Assembly (NCBI GenBank): GCA_964385105.1
Contig: CAYLMU010000001.1
Coordinates: 369,936-433,935 of the forward strand
Length of the DNA: 64,000 nt
Reading direction: 5' to 3'
From: an uncultured Candidatus Saccharibacteria bacterium
GTDB lineage: Bacteria > Patescibacteriota > WWE3 > UBA101185 > UBA10185
The position numbers and the translations under genes are program-made. The first letter of the stretch is position 1. Each line of letters starts with the position of its first letter. The notes under the pieces are model-generated. The model saw nothing but the letters and a program-made list of their open reading frames with translations, had not been told where the DNA came from and did not search any database. Below are positions 48,491-57,997 of this stretch, piece after piece.

Positions 48491-49784
48491 ACTTGTACTT
48501 GGCTTAGAAATACACATACACGTTAAAACATCGCTAAAGATGTTTTGCGGTTGCGATGCTAATATTTATAACGCCGAGCCAAATACACATACATGCCCGG
48601 TTTGCTTGGGTTTACCCGGAGCATTGCCGGTTCCTAATGCTGAAGCTGTTGAAAAAACTCAATTGCTTGGAATGGCTCTAAACAGCAAATTAAATGAAAA
48701 CTCAAGATTTGACCGAAAACACTATTTTTACCCAGATTTGCCTAAAGGTTACCAAATAAGTCAATACAAACAGCCATTATGTGAAGGAGGGTATTTAGAG
48801 TTAGAAAGCGGCAAAAAGATTGAAATCGAACGAATTCACCTTGAAGAAGATACGGCAAAATCATTTCACGAGGGAAATTTTACTTTAATAGATTTTAATA
48901 TGTCGGGAATGCCCTTGGTAGAGCTGGTTACAAAACCGGTTTTTGAATCGGCTGCTGATGCAGGAGAATTTGGTAGGAAATTAAGAGATTTAGTTAGGCT
49001 CATTGGAATAAGTGATGCAGACCTGGAAAAGGGTCAAATGAGAATTGAGCCCAACATCTCGGTGAGAACAGTTGAAATGGCTGAAAAACAGGAATTGCCC
49101 GATTACAAGGTTGAAGTAAAAAACATAAATTCATTCAAATTTATGGAAAGAGCGGTTGAATATGAATTTGAGCGACAAAAGAATTTATTGGAAAAAGGTG
49201 AAAAAGTATTGCAGGAAAATAGAGGATGGAATGAAAACTCAAATCAAACCGTTTCACAGCGAGAAAAAGAAGAAGCACATGATTATAGATATTTTCCTGA
49301 GCCTGATGTACCACCAATGTTTTTTGATGAAGATTATATTAAAGAGCTAAGTGCAAAATTACCTGAATTGCCACATCAGCTAAAAACAAGACTAAAAACT
49401 CAGTATGGCTTAAATGAAAATAATGCGAAATTGTTGTCAGAAAACCCCGGGATTAGTTTATTGAACAATTTTGAAGAAGTTGCTCAAAACACAAATATAG
49501 AGCCGAATAAGGTTGCAAACTTGCTATTAAACAAACCTGAATTCAGAAACATAGAGGTTGAAAAATTTGAACAGCTTGTTAAGGAATCTGAAGAAAAAGT
49601 TGAAGATGATTCTGTTTTAGAAAATGCTGTAGCTGAAGTTTTGAGCGAAAACACAAGTGCAGTTGAAGACTTTAAAAACGGAAAAGAAAGCGCACTACAA
49701 TATTTACTTGGACAGGTAATGAGAAAAACAAAAGGTAAGGCAGATCCGCAAAAGAGTCTTGAAATTATTAAAAAATCACTTTAA
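48483..49784 (+). CDS. gatB: Asp-tRNA(Asn)/Glu-tRNA(Gln) amidotransferase subunit B
   Basis: N-terminus MFKLVLGLEIHIHVKTSLKMFCGC and a C-terminal YqeY-like tail (ALQYLLGQVMRKTKGKADP). Confidence 0.9.
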   Translation: MFKLVLGLEIHIHVKTSLKMFCGCDANIYNAEPNTHTCPVCLGLPGALPVPNAEAVEKTQLLGMALNSKLNENSRFDRKHYFYPDLPKGYQISQYKQPLCEGGYLELESGKKIEIERIHLEEDTAKSFHEGNFTLIDFNMSGMPLVELVTKPVFESAADAGEFGRKLRDLVRLIGISDADLEKGQMRIEPNISVRTVEMAEKQELPDYKVEVKNINSFKFMERAVEYEFERQKNLLEKGEKVLQENRGWNENSNQTVSQREKEEAHDYRYFPEPDVPPMFFDEDYIKELSAKLPELPHQLKTRLKTQYGLNENNAKLLSENPGISLLNNFEEVAQNTNIEPNKVANLLLNKPEFRNIEVEKFEQLVKESEEKVEDDSVLENAVAEVLSENTSAVEDFKNGKESALQYLLGQVMRKTKGKADPQKSLEIIKKSL

Positions 49785-49829
49785 CTCAATGTGCATTTCT
49801 GTAAAAAAGTGTGTATAAAGTTATAATCT

Positions 49830-51686
49830 ATGAGCATGGAGTTAAAGTTTGACCCGAATAAACCTAAATACGAGTATATAACTTCTCATTCTGAGGCGGA
49901 AAAAGTATTTGAGAAATTAAAAGATGAAAAAATGCTTGCGGTTGACGTAGAGGCGAGCAGTCTTGATCCGTTTACCGGTATTTTGTTTTTGGTTCAAATT
50001 GGAACAGCCCACATTAGCTACGTTTTTGATGCAAGAACCGTTTCCTTAAAAGATATTAGCTTGTACAAACAAATCATGGAGGACAATAAAGTAATAAAAC
50101 TTTTGCACAATGCATCTTTTGACTATAAATATTTAAAATTGCATACAGGGGTTGAGCTAAAAAATATATATGACACGATGTTGGCCGAGGGAATTTTAAC
50201 TTCTGGTATGTCGTCTCAAAGAACATCACTTATTGAGACGGTAAAAAGGCACTTGGATGACGGAATTATTGAAAAAGATACTCAAATGTCATTTACCAAA
50301 ATGTCTCCTAATGAGCGCATGACTGAAGATCAGTTAATTTATTCTGCAAAAGACACTTTGGTGTTGTTTCCGTTGTTTGAAATTCAGTCGCCGAAGTTAA
50401 AAAAAGAAAATCTTATAAACATAGCAAAACTTGAATTTGCCGTTGCGCCGGTTGTTGCCGAAATTGAACTAAGAGGTGTGTATTTAAATGCAGAAAAGTG
50501 GCGAGATATTATAAAAAATCTTCAGACCAAACGAGATGCGCTGGCGGCAGAGTTTCAAGAAGCGATTAGGCCTTATTACTCAGTTTCTCAATCGGGTTTA
50601 TTTGGAGGTCAGGCCGATTCAATTAATATGAATAGCCCGGTACAGTTAATGGAATTGTTTAACGGTAAACTGGGATTAAATGTTCCTTCAACTGGTAGTC
50701 AGATATTAACAACAATAAATCATCCGGTAGTAAATTTGCTAAGTCAGTATCGCGGATATGAAAAGCTTATTTCAGCATTTGGAGACAGCGTGCTTGAGAA
50801 AATTAATCCCAAGACCGGTAGAATTCATCCTCACTTTATTCAGTTGCAAACTGCCACAGGAAGATTTGCGTGTGCCAGTCCTAACATACAGCAGATTCCC
50901 AGAAATTCAGAAGAAGCACCTTTTAGAACATGTTTTAATCCGGCTGAAGGGTATAAGCTGGTTGTTTCAGACTATTCTTCATTTGAGATGAGAATTCTGG
51001 CTGAGCTTTCGGGTGATGAAAAAATGATTCATGCTATTAAAGATGATTTGGATATTCATTCATATACAGCTTCATTAATGTTTGATAAGCCGTATTCTGA
51101 TGATTTTAAGAAAAAGTACCCTGATTTAAGACAAATGGCTAAGCCAATCGGGTTTGGTTTAATGTATGGTATGGGTCCGCAAGGTTTGGTTTCATCAATT
51201 AGAACACAGTCGGGTACCGATGTTACGGTTGAGCAAAGCGAAGACCTAATCAACAGGTACTTTAAGTCATATCCAAGTGTTAAGAAATTTTTGGATAATC
51301 AGGCACGAAACGCAGTAAGATTGGGTTATAGCACAACACCTGCCGGAAGAAAAAGATGGTATCAAATACCTGAAAAATCAGACCCCGATTACAGAAGAAA
51401 AATAGGCAAAATTGAACGGGAAGCCAAGAACCACCCGATTCAAGGTACAAATGCAGATGCAATTAAGTTTGCTCTAAACTTTGTTCATCAGAGAATGAAA
51501 AAAGACGGGATTGACGGGGGCATAATTTTGACTGTTCATGACGAAATTGCATGTGAAGTACGTGAAGATCAGGCCGAAGATTTTGCTGAGGTATTGTCAT
51601 ATGAGATGAGACGTGCCGGTGAGCTGTTTTTAAAGACAGTACCTGTTAAATCAGACCCTTTTGTAGGCGATGTATGGGAACATTAG
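49830..51686 (+). CDS. polA: family A DNA polymerase (Klenow-like: 3'-5' exonuclease + polymerase; no 5'-3' exonuclease domain)
   Basis: Exo motifs (LAVDVEASSLDPFTGILFLVQIG), Pol A motif B (RQMAKPIGFGLMYGMGPQGL) and motif C (ILTVHDEI). 618 aa. Confidence 0.85.
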   Translation: MSMELKFDPNKPKYEYITSHSEAEKVFEKLKDEKMLAVDVEASSLDPFTGILFLVQIGTAHISYVFDARTVSLKDISLYKQIMEDNKVIKLLHNASFDYKYLKLHTGVELKNIYDTMLAEGILTSGMSSQRTSLIETVKRHLDDGIIEKDTQMSFTKMSPNERMTEDQLIYSAKDTLVLFPLFEIQSPKLKKENLINIAKLEFAVAPVVAEIELRGVYLNAEKWRDIIKNLQTKRDALAAEFQEAIRPYYSVSQSGLFGGQADSINMNSPVQLMELFNGKLGLNVPSTGSQILTTINHPVVNLLSQYRGYEKLISAFGDSVLEKINPKTGRIHPHFIQLQTATGRFACASPNIQQIPRNSEEAPFRTCFNPAEGYKLVVSDYSSFEMRILAELSGDEKMIHAIKDDLDIHSYTASLMFDKPYSDDFKKKYPDLRQMAKPIGFGLMYGMGPQGLVSSIRTQSGTDVTVEQSEDLINRYFKSYPSVKKFLDNQARNAVRLGYSTTPAGRKRWYQIPEKSDPDYRRKIGKIEREAKNHPIQGTNADAIKFALNFVHQRMKKDGIDGGIILTVHDEIACEVREDQAEDFAEVLSYEMRRAGELFLKTVPVKSDPFVGDVWEH

Positions 51687-51776
51687 CGCAGTCTATGGGT
51701 TATGTTCGGTAAAAGTGTTTATAAATCAGCTTATCAGACGGGTTGCAAGAGTGCTAATTTGTGGTAATATCTATTC

Positions 51777-53870
51777 ATGGCTGTAATCTGTCACAAATGC
51801 GGTCAAAGACCCGCAGTAATATCCGTAAATAAAATTGTAGATGGTAAGCAGGTGTATATGGCACTCTGTGAAGTGTGTTATACCGAATTGCAAAAAGAAA
51901 CATCATCTACTTCAAAGCTTGATAAATTCGGTCGTGATTTAACTAAAATGGCAAAAGAAGGCAAGCTTGACCCGGTAATTGGCCGTGAAGATGAAATAGA
52001 GCGAGTTGTACATATACTTTCAAGACGAACTAAAAATAATCCTGTGTTAATTGGAGACCCCGGTGTTGGAAAAACCGCAATTGCTGAAGGTTTGGCTCAA
52101 CGCATTATAAAAGGGCTAGTACCTGAACCTTTAAGAAATAAAAGAGTATTTGCACTTGATCTAGCTTTAGTTGTTGCAGGAACCACTCACCGCGGAATGT
52201 TTGAAAAAAGATTAAAAGACATTTTGGATGAAATAATTGATTCTCAAGGTCAAATAATATTGTTTTTGGACGAGTTACACACTGTTGTAGGTGCCGGTTC
52301 GGCCGAAGGCTCAATGGATGCGGCAAATATATTAAAACCGTCACTTTCACGTGGAGAATTGCAAATGGTTGGTGCGACAACTATTGATGAATACAGAAGA
52401 TATATTGAAAAAGATGCCGCGCTTGAGAGAAGATTTCAACCGATTGTTGTAAATGAACCATCGCAGGAAGAAACTATAGAAATTATAGAAGGACTTCGTG
52501 AAGAATATGAAAAACATCATCAGGTAAAAATTTCAGATGAAGCAATAAAAGCATCGGTAAAGATGTCTGATAGATATATTAGTGACCGATTTTTGCCGGA
52601 TAAAGCAATAGACCTGGTCGATGAGGCTTCTGCATTGGTAAGACTTTCACAGGTTGAAGAGCCTGAAAACTTAAAACAAGTTGAAGAAAATTTAAAGAAC
52701 ATTAAAGAACAGCTTAGAAATGAGGATTTGAGTGAAGAACAGGCAAAAGAGCTTGAAGAACAGCGTGACGATTTGGAAAAAGTTAAAGAAGAGCTTATAG
52801 ATATTTGGACAAAAACAAAGCTTGAAAGAATTCCCACAGTTCAAGAAGATGATGTTCTAAAAGTTGTGTCACGTGCAAGTGGCATTCCGCTTGAAAGACT
52901 AAGCGTTGCTGAAAAAGAGAAATTGCTGAATTTAGAAAGCAAGATACATGAACGTATTGTAGGACAGAATGAAGCGGTTGAAATGGTTTCTGAGGCCATA
53001 AGGCGTGCAAGGGCAGGTTTAAAAGATCCAAAGAGGCCTATTGGGTCATTTTTGTTCTTAGGACCAACAGGTATTGGTAAAACCGAACTTTCAAAAGCAC
53101 TGGCCGAAGTATTATACGGTGACGAAGACATGTTGGTAAGACTTGATATGAGTGAATACATGGAAAAACATACTGTAAGTAAACTTATTGGAGCACCTCC
53201 GGGGTACGTGGGATTTGAAAGAGGCGGAAACTTGACTGACATTGTTAGAAAAAAGCCATTTTCTATAGTATTGCTTGATGAAGTTGAAAAAGCTCATCCT
53301 GATGTATTTAATACTTTATTACAAATTATGGAAGACGGCCGACTTACTGACAGCAAAGGTAGAACAGTAGACTTTAAGAACACAATTATAATTATGACAT
53401 CAAACGTAGGGTCTGAGTGGTTACAAAGATCTGACATTGGATTTGGTATGGCCGGAGACAAAAAGGTTAGAGGTAAAAAAGAAGACTTTGAACAAAAAGT
53501 ATTTAAAGCTTTGCGTGAAAGTTTCAGACCTGAATTTTTGAATAGAATAGATGAGATTGTGATATTTGGCACATTGACCAAAGAAGATATTATGGAAATC
53601 GCAAATAGATTGTTGGCTCATACTCAAAAACGTCTTGCAGAACAAGAAATTGGAGTTGTATTTGAACAGCCGGCAAAAGAGTTGATTGTAGAAAAAGGTT
53701 ATGACGAAGAATTTGGTGCAAGGCCATTGCGCAGAGTTATACAAAAAGAAGTAGACAACAAGCTTTCTGACAAAATAATTGCAGGTGAAATTCAAGCCGG
53801 CGATACAGTTAGTGTGAGTGCCGAGAAGGGTGAGATTATGTTAAAGGTTGAATCTAGCGTTACGGTTTAA
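51777..53870 (+). CDS. ClpC/ClpA-like double-AAA+ unfoldase with N-terminal C4 zinc ribbon in place of Clp_N repeats
   Basis: Two Walker A motifs ([18 protein letters not shown]), a UVR-like coiled-coil M-domain, and the N-terminal CHKCG...CEVC. Confidence 0.8.
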   Translation: MAVICHKCGQRPAVISVNKIVDGKQVYMALCEVCYTELQKETSSTSKLDKFGRDLTKMAKEGKLDPVIGREDEIERVVHILSRRTKNNPVLIGDPGVGKTAIAEGLAQRIIKGLVPEPLRNKRVFALDLALVVAGTTHRGMFEKRLKDILDEIIDSQGQIILFLDELHTVVGAGSAEGSMDAANILKPSLSRGELQMVGATTIDEYRRYIEKDAALERRFQPIVVNEPSQEETIEIIEGLREEYEKHHQVKISDEAIKASVKMSDRYISDRFLPDKAIDLVDEASALVRLSQVEEPENLKQVEENLKNIKEQLRNEDLSEEQAKELEEQRDDLEKVKEELIDIWTKTKLERIPTVQEDDVLKVVSRASGIPLERLSVAEKEKLLNLESKIHERIVGQNEAVEMVSEAIRRARAGLKDPKRPIGSFLFLGPTGIGKTELSKALAEVLYGDEDMLVRLDMSEYMEKHTVSKLIGAPPGYVGFERGGNLTDIVRKKPFSIVLLDEVEKAHPDVFNTLLQIMEDGRLTDSKGRTVDFKNTIIIMTSNVGSEWLQRSDIGFGMAGDKKVRGKKEDFEQKVFKALRESFRPEFLNRIDEIVIFGTLTKEDIMEIANRLLAHTQKRLAEQEIGVVFEQPAKELIVEKGYDEEFGARPLRRVIQKEVDNKLSDKIIAGEIQAGDTVSVSAEKGEIMLKVESSVTV

Positions 53871-53896
53871 GTTATAGTTAATTTATAGGCAATTCC

Positions 53897-53925
53897 TTGA
53901 AATTTATGCGGTAAATAGGTATACT
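53897..53925 (+). promoter_or_regulatory. sigma70-like promoter upstream of rplS (TTGAAA-17-TATACT)
   Basis: The -35 is TTGAAA at 53897-53902 and the -10 is TATACT at 53920-53925, with a 17-bp spacer, 12 bp before the rplS start. Confidence 0.5.
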
Positions 53926-53936
53926 CACTACTGCAC

Positions 53937-54302
53937 ATGGCAGAAAATCAAGACCAAGTACAAGAAAATACATCTACAGCTATAGCCGAAGTAAAAGAAG
54001 TTCCTGACTTTAGAGCCGGTGACACGATTGAAGTTCATTACAGAATTACTGAAGGTGACAAAACCAGAATTCAGCCGTATGAAGGTGTTGTTATATCAAA
54101 AAAAGGTGAAGGTGTTTCAAAAACTTTTACTGTTAGAAAAATTGGTGCAGACGGAATTGGTGTAGAAAGAATATTTCCATTGTATTCTCCAAACATTGAA
54201 AAACTTTTGGTTAAGAAAAAGGCCAAAGTACGAAGAGCAAAGCTTTATTACCTAAGAGAAAAGAAGGGTAGAGCTGCCGTTAGACTTAAAGAACTTAAAT
54301 AA
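53937..54302 (+). CDS. rplS: 50S ribosomal protein L19
   Basis: Conserved bL19 core ([35 protein letters not shown]...FTVRKI...[11 protein letters not shown]). Confidence 0.9.
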   Translation: MAENQDQVQENTSTAIAEVKEVPDFRAGDTIEVHYRITEGDKTRIQPYEGVVISKKGEGVSKTFTVRKIGADGIGVERIFPLYSPNIEKLLVKKKAKVRRAKLYYLREKKGRAAVRLKELK

Positions 54303-54345
54303 TTTGCCTGTTTACGATGTTGTACGTGAATAGGCTTTGTTGTTA

Positions 54346-54372
54346 TCCTGAGTAAAATCAGGACTTTTTTTT
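54346..54372 (+). terminator. intrinsic terminator after rplS
   Basis: TCCTGA-gtaaaa-TCAGGA hairpin followed by a T8 run. Confidence 0.7.
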
Positions 54373-54456
54373 GAAAAATTGCTAAAATTAACAGGTTTTA
54401 CGGTTTTCATTCTCAAAAAGAAGGCTGTATTACTTAGGATTTTTTATGACTTTTGA

Positions 54457-54531
54457 GGGGGCGTAGCTCAGTGGTAGAGCATCTGGCTTTTAACCAGAGT
54501 GTCGTGAGTTCGATCCTCACCGCCCTCACCA
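54457..54531 (+). tRNA. tRNA-Lys (anticodon TTT), CCA encoded
   Basis: GGGGGCGTAGCTCAGTGGTAGAGCATCTGGCTTTTAACCAGAGTGTCGTGAGTTCGATCCTCACCGCCCTCACCA. The anticodon loop is CTTTTAA. Confidence 0.9.
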
Positions 54532-54571
54532 TGAAAAAACGGTAGTGCCGAAGGTACTAGCGATTTTTCAT
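54531..54571. terminator. bidirectional terminator-like hairpin directly after tRNA-Lys
   Basis: ATGAAAAA ... TAGTGCC-gaa-GGTACTA ... TTTTTCAT: an A-tract, a GC-containing stem and a T-tract. Confidence 0.45.
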
Positions 54572-54655
54572 TATGAAAGTAGGATCGAATGCCGCAGCTG
54601 CGACCTTTAATTATTTACTTTACTGAAAATAGGAATTAACATATATTATCTATAT

Positions 54656-55264
54656 ATGTATAGCGTCAAACAAATAATCCAAGGATATGCCAAAAAAATA
54701 GATAATGGCTGGTTAGCATCATCAAGCACTATACTAATTCAAGGCTCTGAAAAAAACATATTAGTAGATTCGGGGATAAATAAACTATTACTATTGGAAA
54801 CTTTAGAAAAAGAAGAACTATCAACTGACGATATAGATATTATATTTATGACTCATTTTCACCCAGATCATATTTTTCTTGTTGGTTTATTTGATAATGC
54901 GATAGCTTTAGATGGAGAAACAATCTATACAAAAGATTTAGAAGAAGAATATATTGGAAATATACCAGGTACTAATATTAAATTATTACCAACTCCCGGA
55001 CACGCAAATGAACACACCTCATTAATTGTTGAAAATGAAAACGGTGAAGTCATAGTTGTTGCTCAAGATGTATTTTGGTGGACCGATCAGGAAGAACAAA
55101 TAGTTAAAGACTATGATGCATTAATAAACAAAGAGGATCCCTTTATGGTTGATTTTTCGGCATTGAAAGAAAGTAGAAGAAAGGTTTTAGAAATTGCTGA
55201 TTATATAATACCTGGACATGGGAAGATGTTTGAGAATTTGCACAAAGGTACAATTCATGATTAA
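54656..55264 (+). CDS. MBL-fold metallo-hydrolase
   Basis: HxHxDH motif (THFHPDH) and downstream His/Asp ligands. First gene of the low-GC block. Confidence 0.75.
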   Translation: MYSVKQIIQGYAKKIDNGWLASSSTILIQGSEKNILVDSGINKLLLLETLEKEELSTDDIDIIFMTHFHPDHIFLVGLFDNAIALDGETIYTKDLEEEYIGNIPGTNIKLLPTPGHANEHTSLIVENENGEVIVVAQDVFWWTDQEEQIVKDYDALINKEDPFMVDFSALKESRRKVLEIADYIIPGHGKMFENLHKGTIHD

Positions 55265-55862
55265 AGCAATGAGTTTCGACTTAGATGGTGTGTTTTTTAC
55301 ACAACAAAGCTTTAAGGATTTTAAGAAACACCTACCTAAAAGAGTTGAAGATAAAGAGACAGTTGATTATGTTTTTCATAACTCACAAGAAATGCTTGAT
55401 TTTAAGTCAGGAAAAATATCTGAAGAAGAATTCTGGAACTTTGCAACTAAAACTCTACAAATTGAGGGTGACTTTGATGATATATGTTCTGTGTTTAGAG
55501 AAGTTTATACCATTAACAATGATGTTGCGAATTATGTAAGAGAAGTTAAAATCGCAGGTTATAAAACCTGTATTTGTTCTAACAATTTTGAAACCAGGGT
55601 TAGAGAAGTGGATAACGAATGGGGTTTCTTAGATTTGTTTGATGTAAAGATATTTTCGTATCAAGTTGGATTTCTTAAACCGGATAAAAGAATATTTCAA
55701 GCTCTTATTGATGCATCAGAAGTAAAACCAGGAGAAATAGTATATTCCGATGATGGTGAGGATAAAATACAAGGAGCTTTAGAATTAGGAATAAATGCTT
55801 TTGTTTATGAAAACTTTGAACAGTTTAAAAATAAGTTGACTAGCTTAGGAGTAAAAACATGA
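55257..55862 (+). CDS. HAD-superfamily hydrolase (subfamily IA-like)
   Basis: Motif I FDLDGVFF (DxDG), motif III K, motif IV DDGED. The start overlaps the MBL stop by 8 nt (the ORF track begins at 55218). Confidence 0.7.
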   Translation: MIKAMSFDLDGVFFTQQSFKDFKKHLPKRVEDKETVDYVFHNSQEMLDFKSGKISEEEFWNFATKTLQIEGDFDDICSVFREVYTINNDVANYVREVKIAGYKTCICSNNFETRVREVDNEWGFLDLFDVKIFSYQVGFLKPDKRIFQALIDASEVKPGEIVYSDDGEDKIQGALELGINAFVYENFEQFKNKLTSLGVKT

Positions 55863-56527
55863 ATTTGATAGACAAGTGGAATAAAAGCCATCTGGGAATA
55901 CCTAAAGATAAGAGTGTTTCAGCTTATGCTTTAGAAAAAGAGGCAGAATTTCCAAGAAATAGTACAGTCTTAGATTTAGGAGGAGGTACTGGTGTTGACG
56001 CAGTATATTTCGCTGAAAAAGGACACAATGTAACTCTAGCAGATATATCACCTTTAGCATTAGAAGTTGCAAAAGAAAAAGCTAAAAATAAAGATGTAAA
56101 CATAAAAACTGAGCAGGTAAATATAGGTAAGGATCCTTTACCGTTTGAAGACAGTACTTTCGATATAGTTTACTCCCGTCTTGTCTTACATTACTTCGAT
56201 AAAAGCACTACATCAGCTATCTTTAGTGAAATTAACAGAATATTAAAGAAAAGCGGTATTGCCTACATAACAATAAAATCACCTGATGATGAAAAAGAAA
56301 TGGAATACCTGAAATCAAATGCCTCAGAAATAGAAGAAAATGTATTTTTAGAAGAAGGTGACATAAAAAGTAGATATTCTATTGAACAATTAGAGAATAT
56401 TCTAAAAGAAGCTGGTATTGAGAACTTTGAAGTCATAGAATATGAAGAAGATTTACATGGCAGAGTTGATAAAGTTAAGTCAGGCAATAAAGTTTTATTA
56501 TTAAATGAAATATCATGGAAGAAATAA
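55859..56527 (+). CDS. class I SAM-dependent methyltransferase
   Basis: Motif I VLDLGGGTGVDAVYFAEKGHNVTLADIS and a post-I acidic residue. It overlaps HAD by 4 nt. Confidence 0.8.
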   Translation: MNLIDKWNKSHLGIPKDKSVSAYALEKEAEFPRNSTVLDLGGGTGVDAVYFAEKGHNVTLADISPLALEVAKEKAKNKDVNIKTEQVNIGKDPLPFEDSTFDIVYSRLVLHYFDKSTTSAIFSEINRILKKSGIAYITIKSPDDEKEMEYLKSNASEIEENVFLEEGDIKSRYSIEQLENILKEAGIENFEVIEYEEDLHGRVDKVKSGNKVLLLNEISWKK

Positions 56528-56922
56528 AAGACTGTATTTTTTGTAAACTAATCAAAGAAGGAAAGTTAGAAGAAAGAACTATACTCAAGTCTGAGAAATT
56601 TATAGCTTTCTTAGATGCACATCCATTAGTTGAGGGTCATACATTAGTTATACCAGTAGAACATAAAGAATGGGTTTGGGAAGTCAGTAACTTTGAAGAT
56701 TACAATAATTTTTCAAAGGAAGTAGCCAATCTTCTTAGAGAAAGACTAAACATAGCCAAGATTGATGTCCTTGTATCAGGCGGTACTGTTCCACATGCTC
56801 ATATACATCTTTTACCATCAATCGAGGGTAGATGGGCTAAAATAAAGGATTATCTAAGAGAGCAAAGAAAAGAAGTAAAAGAGCCACCGAGTGAAGAAAC
56901 AGTACAAAAACTAAGACAATGA
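56515..56922 (+). CDS. HIT (histidine triad) family nucleotide hydrolase/transferase
   Basis: CIFCKLI N-terminus and the histidine triad HAHIHLLP. It overlaps the methyltransferase by 13 nt. Confidence 0.8.
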   Translation: MEEIKDCIFCKLIKEGKLEERTILKSEKFIAFLDAHPLVEGHTLVIPVEHKEWVWEVSNFEDYNNFSKEVANLLRERLNIAKIDVLVSGGTVPHAHIHLLPSIEGRWAKIKDYLREQRKEVKEPPSEETVQKLRQ

Positions 56923-56931
56923 CCTATATAT

Positions 56932-57366
56932 ATGTCCGAAGATGTAACTATTAGAAAAATGGAAAAAACCGATTTACAAGCTGTTTCCCAGCTCTTTAGA
57001 GAAGTATTTAACAGCGAAGGTGAAAATTGGTCAGATAAAACAGCTACAAGCCATGTAGAGCAAAACTTCTTTGGCGATAGTCATTGGGTAGCAGAAAAAG
57101 GTAATAAAATAGTTGGATTTTTAATGGGTATTGTATTAACAAGAGAAAAGGGTGAAGAATTATTTATAGACTCTGTGGTAGTAGATAAGTCAGTACAGGG
57201 TAATGGGATCGGTAAAGAGCTTTGGAGTAGAGCAGAGATGTTTGTAAAAGAAAACAAATTAAAGGGTATTAGATTGTTAGCAAATCCACAGTTTGACTCA
57301 TATAACTGGTATAAAAAAATGGGCTACAACGAAAGTGAGTGGATAGAGCTTTATAGAGAGTTTTAA
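56932..57366 (+). CDS. GNAT family N-acetyltransferase
   Basis: Motif A region VVVDKSVQGNGIGKELW (Q/RxxGxG/A) and the GNAT fold length. Confidence 0.75.
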   Translation: MSEDVTIRKMEKTDLQAVSQLFREVFNSEGENWSDKTATSHVEQNFFGDSHWVAEKGNKIVGFLMGIVLTREKGEELFIDSVVVDKSVQGNGIGKELWSRAEMFVKENKLKGIRLLANPQFDSYNWYKKMGYNESEWIELYREF

Positions 57367-57398
57367 GTTTTTTTTATCCGCTAAAACTAATTAAAACT

Positions 57399-57430
57399 CA
57401 GCCAATTCAGAATCACACTTTTCTGATTCT
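57399..57430 (+). terminator. weak terminator-like hairpin after the GNAT gene
   Basis: GAATCA-cacttttc-TGATTC followed by a short T-rich stretch. The stem is AT-rich, so this is weak. Confidence 0.25.
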
Positions 57431-57474
57431 TTATCAATTCATATATTTAATATAAGTTAAGTTATAATGACTTT

Positions 57475-57762
57475 ATGTCTCTTGACGAACTTCAGGAACA
57501 AGTAAAAAAACTTTATGAAAAAAACGGTGGGAATACGCCTTCGGAGTTGTTACTTATTGCGATGCAGGAAGAATTAGGTGAAATAAGTGCAAGGTTTTTA
57601 GCTGAACATCCAGATTACAAAAAAGACATTGGTCATACACACCCACTTAATGAAGAAATCGGCGACTTAATCACTTTAATTTTAGCTTTTTGTAATAGGA
57701 ATGGTATAAATGCATCTGAATGGGTTGAGAATACGATTAATAAAAGAAGCGGTCAGGGTTAG
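57475..57762 (+). CDS. MazG-like nucleotide pyrophosphohydrolase (small all-alpha NTP-PPase)
   Basis: 95 aa with the EExxE-type motif QEELGEISARFLAEH and the helical NTP-PPase fold length. Confidence 0.55.
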   Translation: MSLDELQEQVKKLYEKNGGNTPSELLLIAMQEELGEISARFLAEHPDYKKDIGHTHPLNEEIGDLITLILAFCNRNGINASEWVENTINKRSGQG

Positions 57763-57888
57763 TCAAGTCAGGTCGTCCAATTATATTGATGTATAAACAT
57801 ATGAAATTAGTAGGGTATAATAAATATTATGCCGATTCCAAGTCATATCTTTGATAATGTGTTAAATTAACCTCACAAAATGCAATCA

Positions 57889-57993
57889 AAAACCCAAAAA
57901 TGTCCAAACTGCGGAAATTCGATGAACTCAATTAAAGGCGCAACAAAAGCAATATGTAAAAACTGTGGGCTAAAAGACGGGTGTTGTTATTGA
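57889..57993 (+). CDS. 34-aa zinc-ribbon mini-protein (MQSKTQKCPNCGNSMNSIKGATKAICKNCGLKDGCCY)
   Basis: ATG-to-TGA ORF below the ORF-track cutoff, with CxxC-x14-CxxC. It sits in the 235-bp gap before the convergent SpoU gene. Confidence 0.3.
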   Translation, partial: KTQKCPNCGNSMNSIKGATKAICKNCGLKDGCCY

Positions 57994-57997
57994 GATT

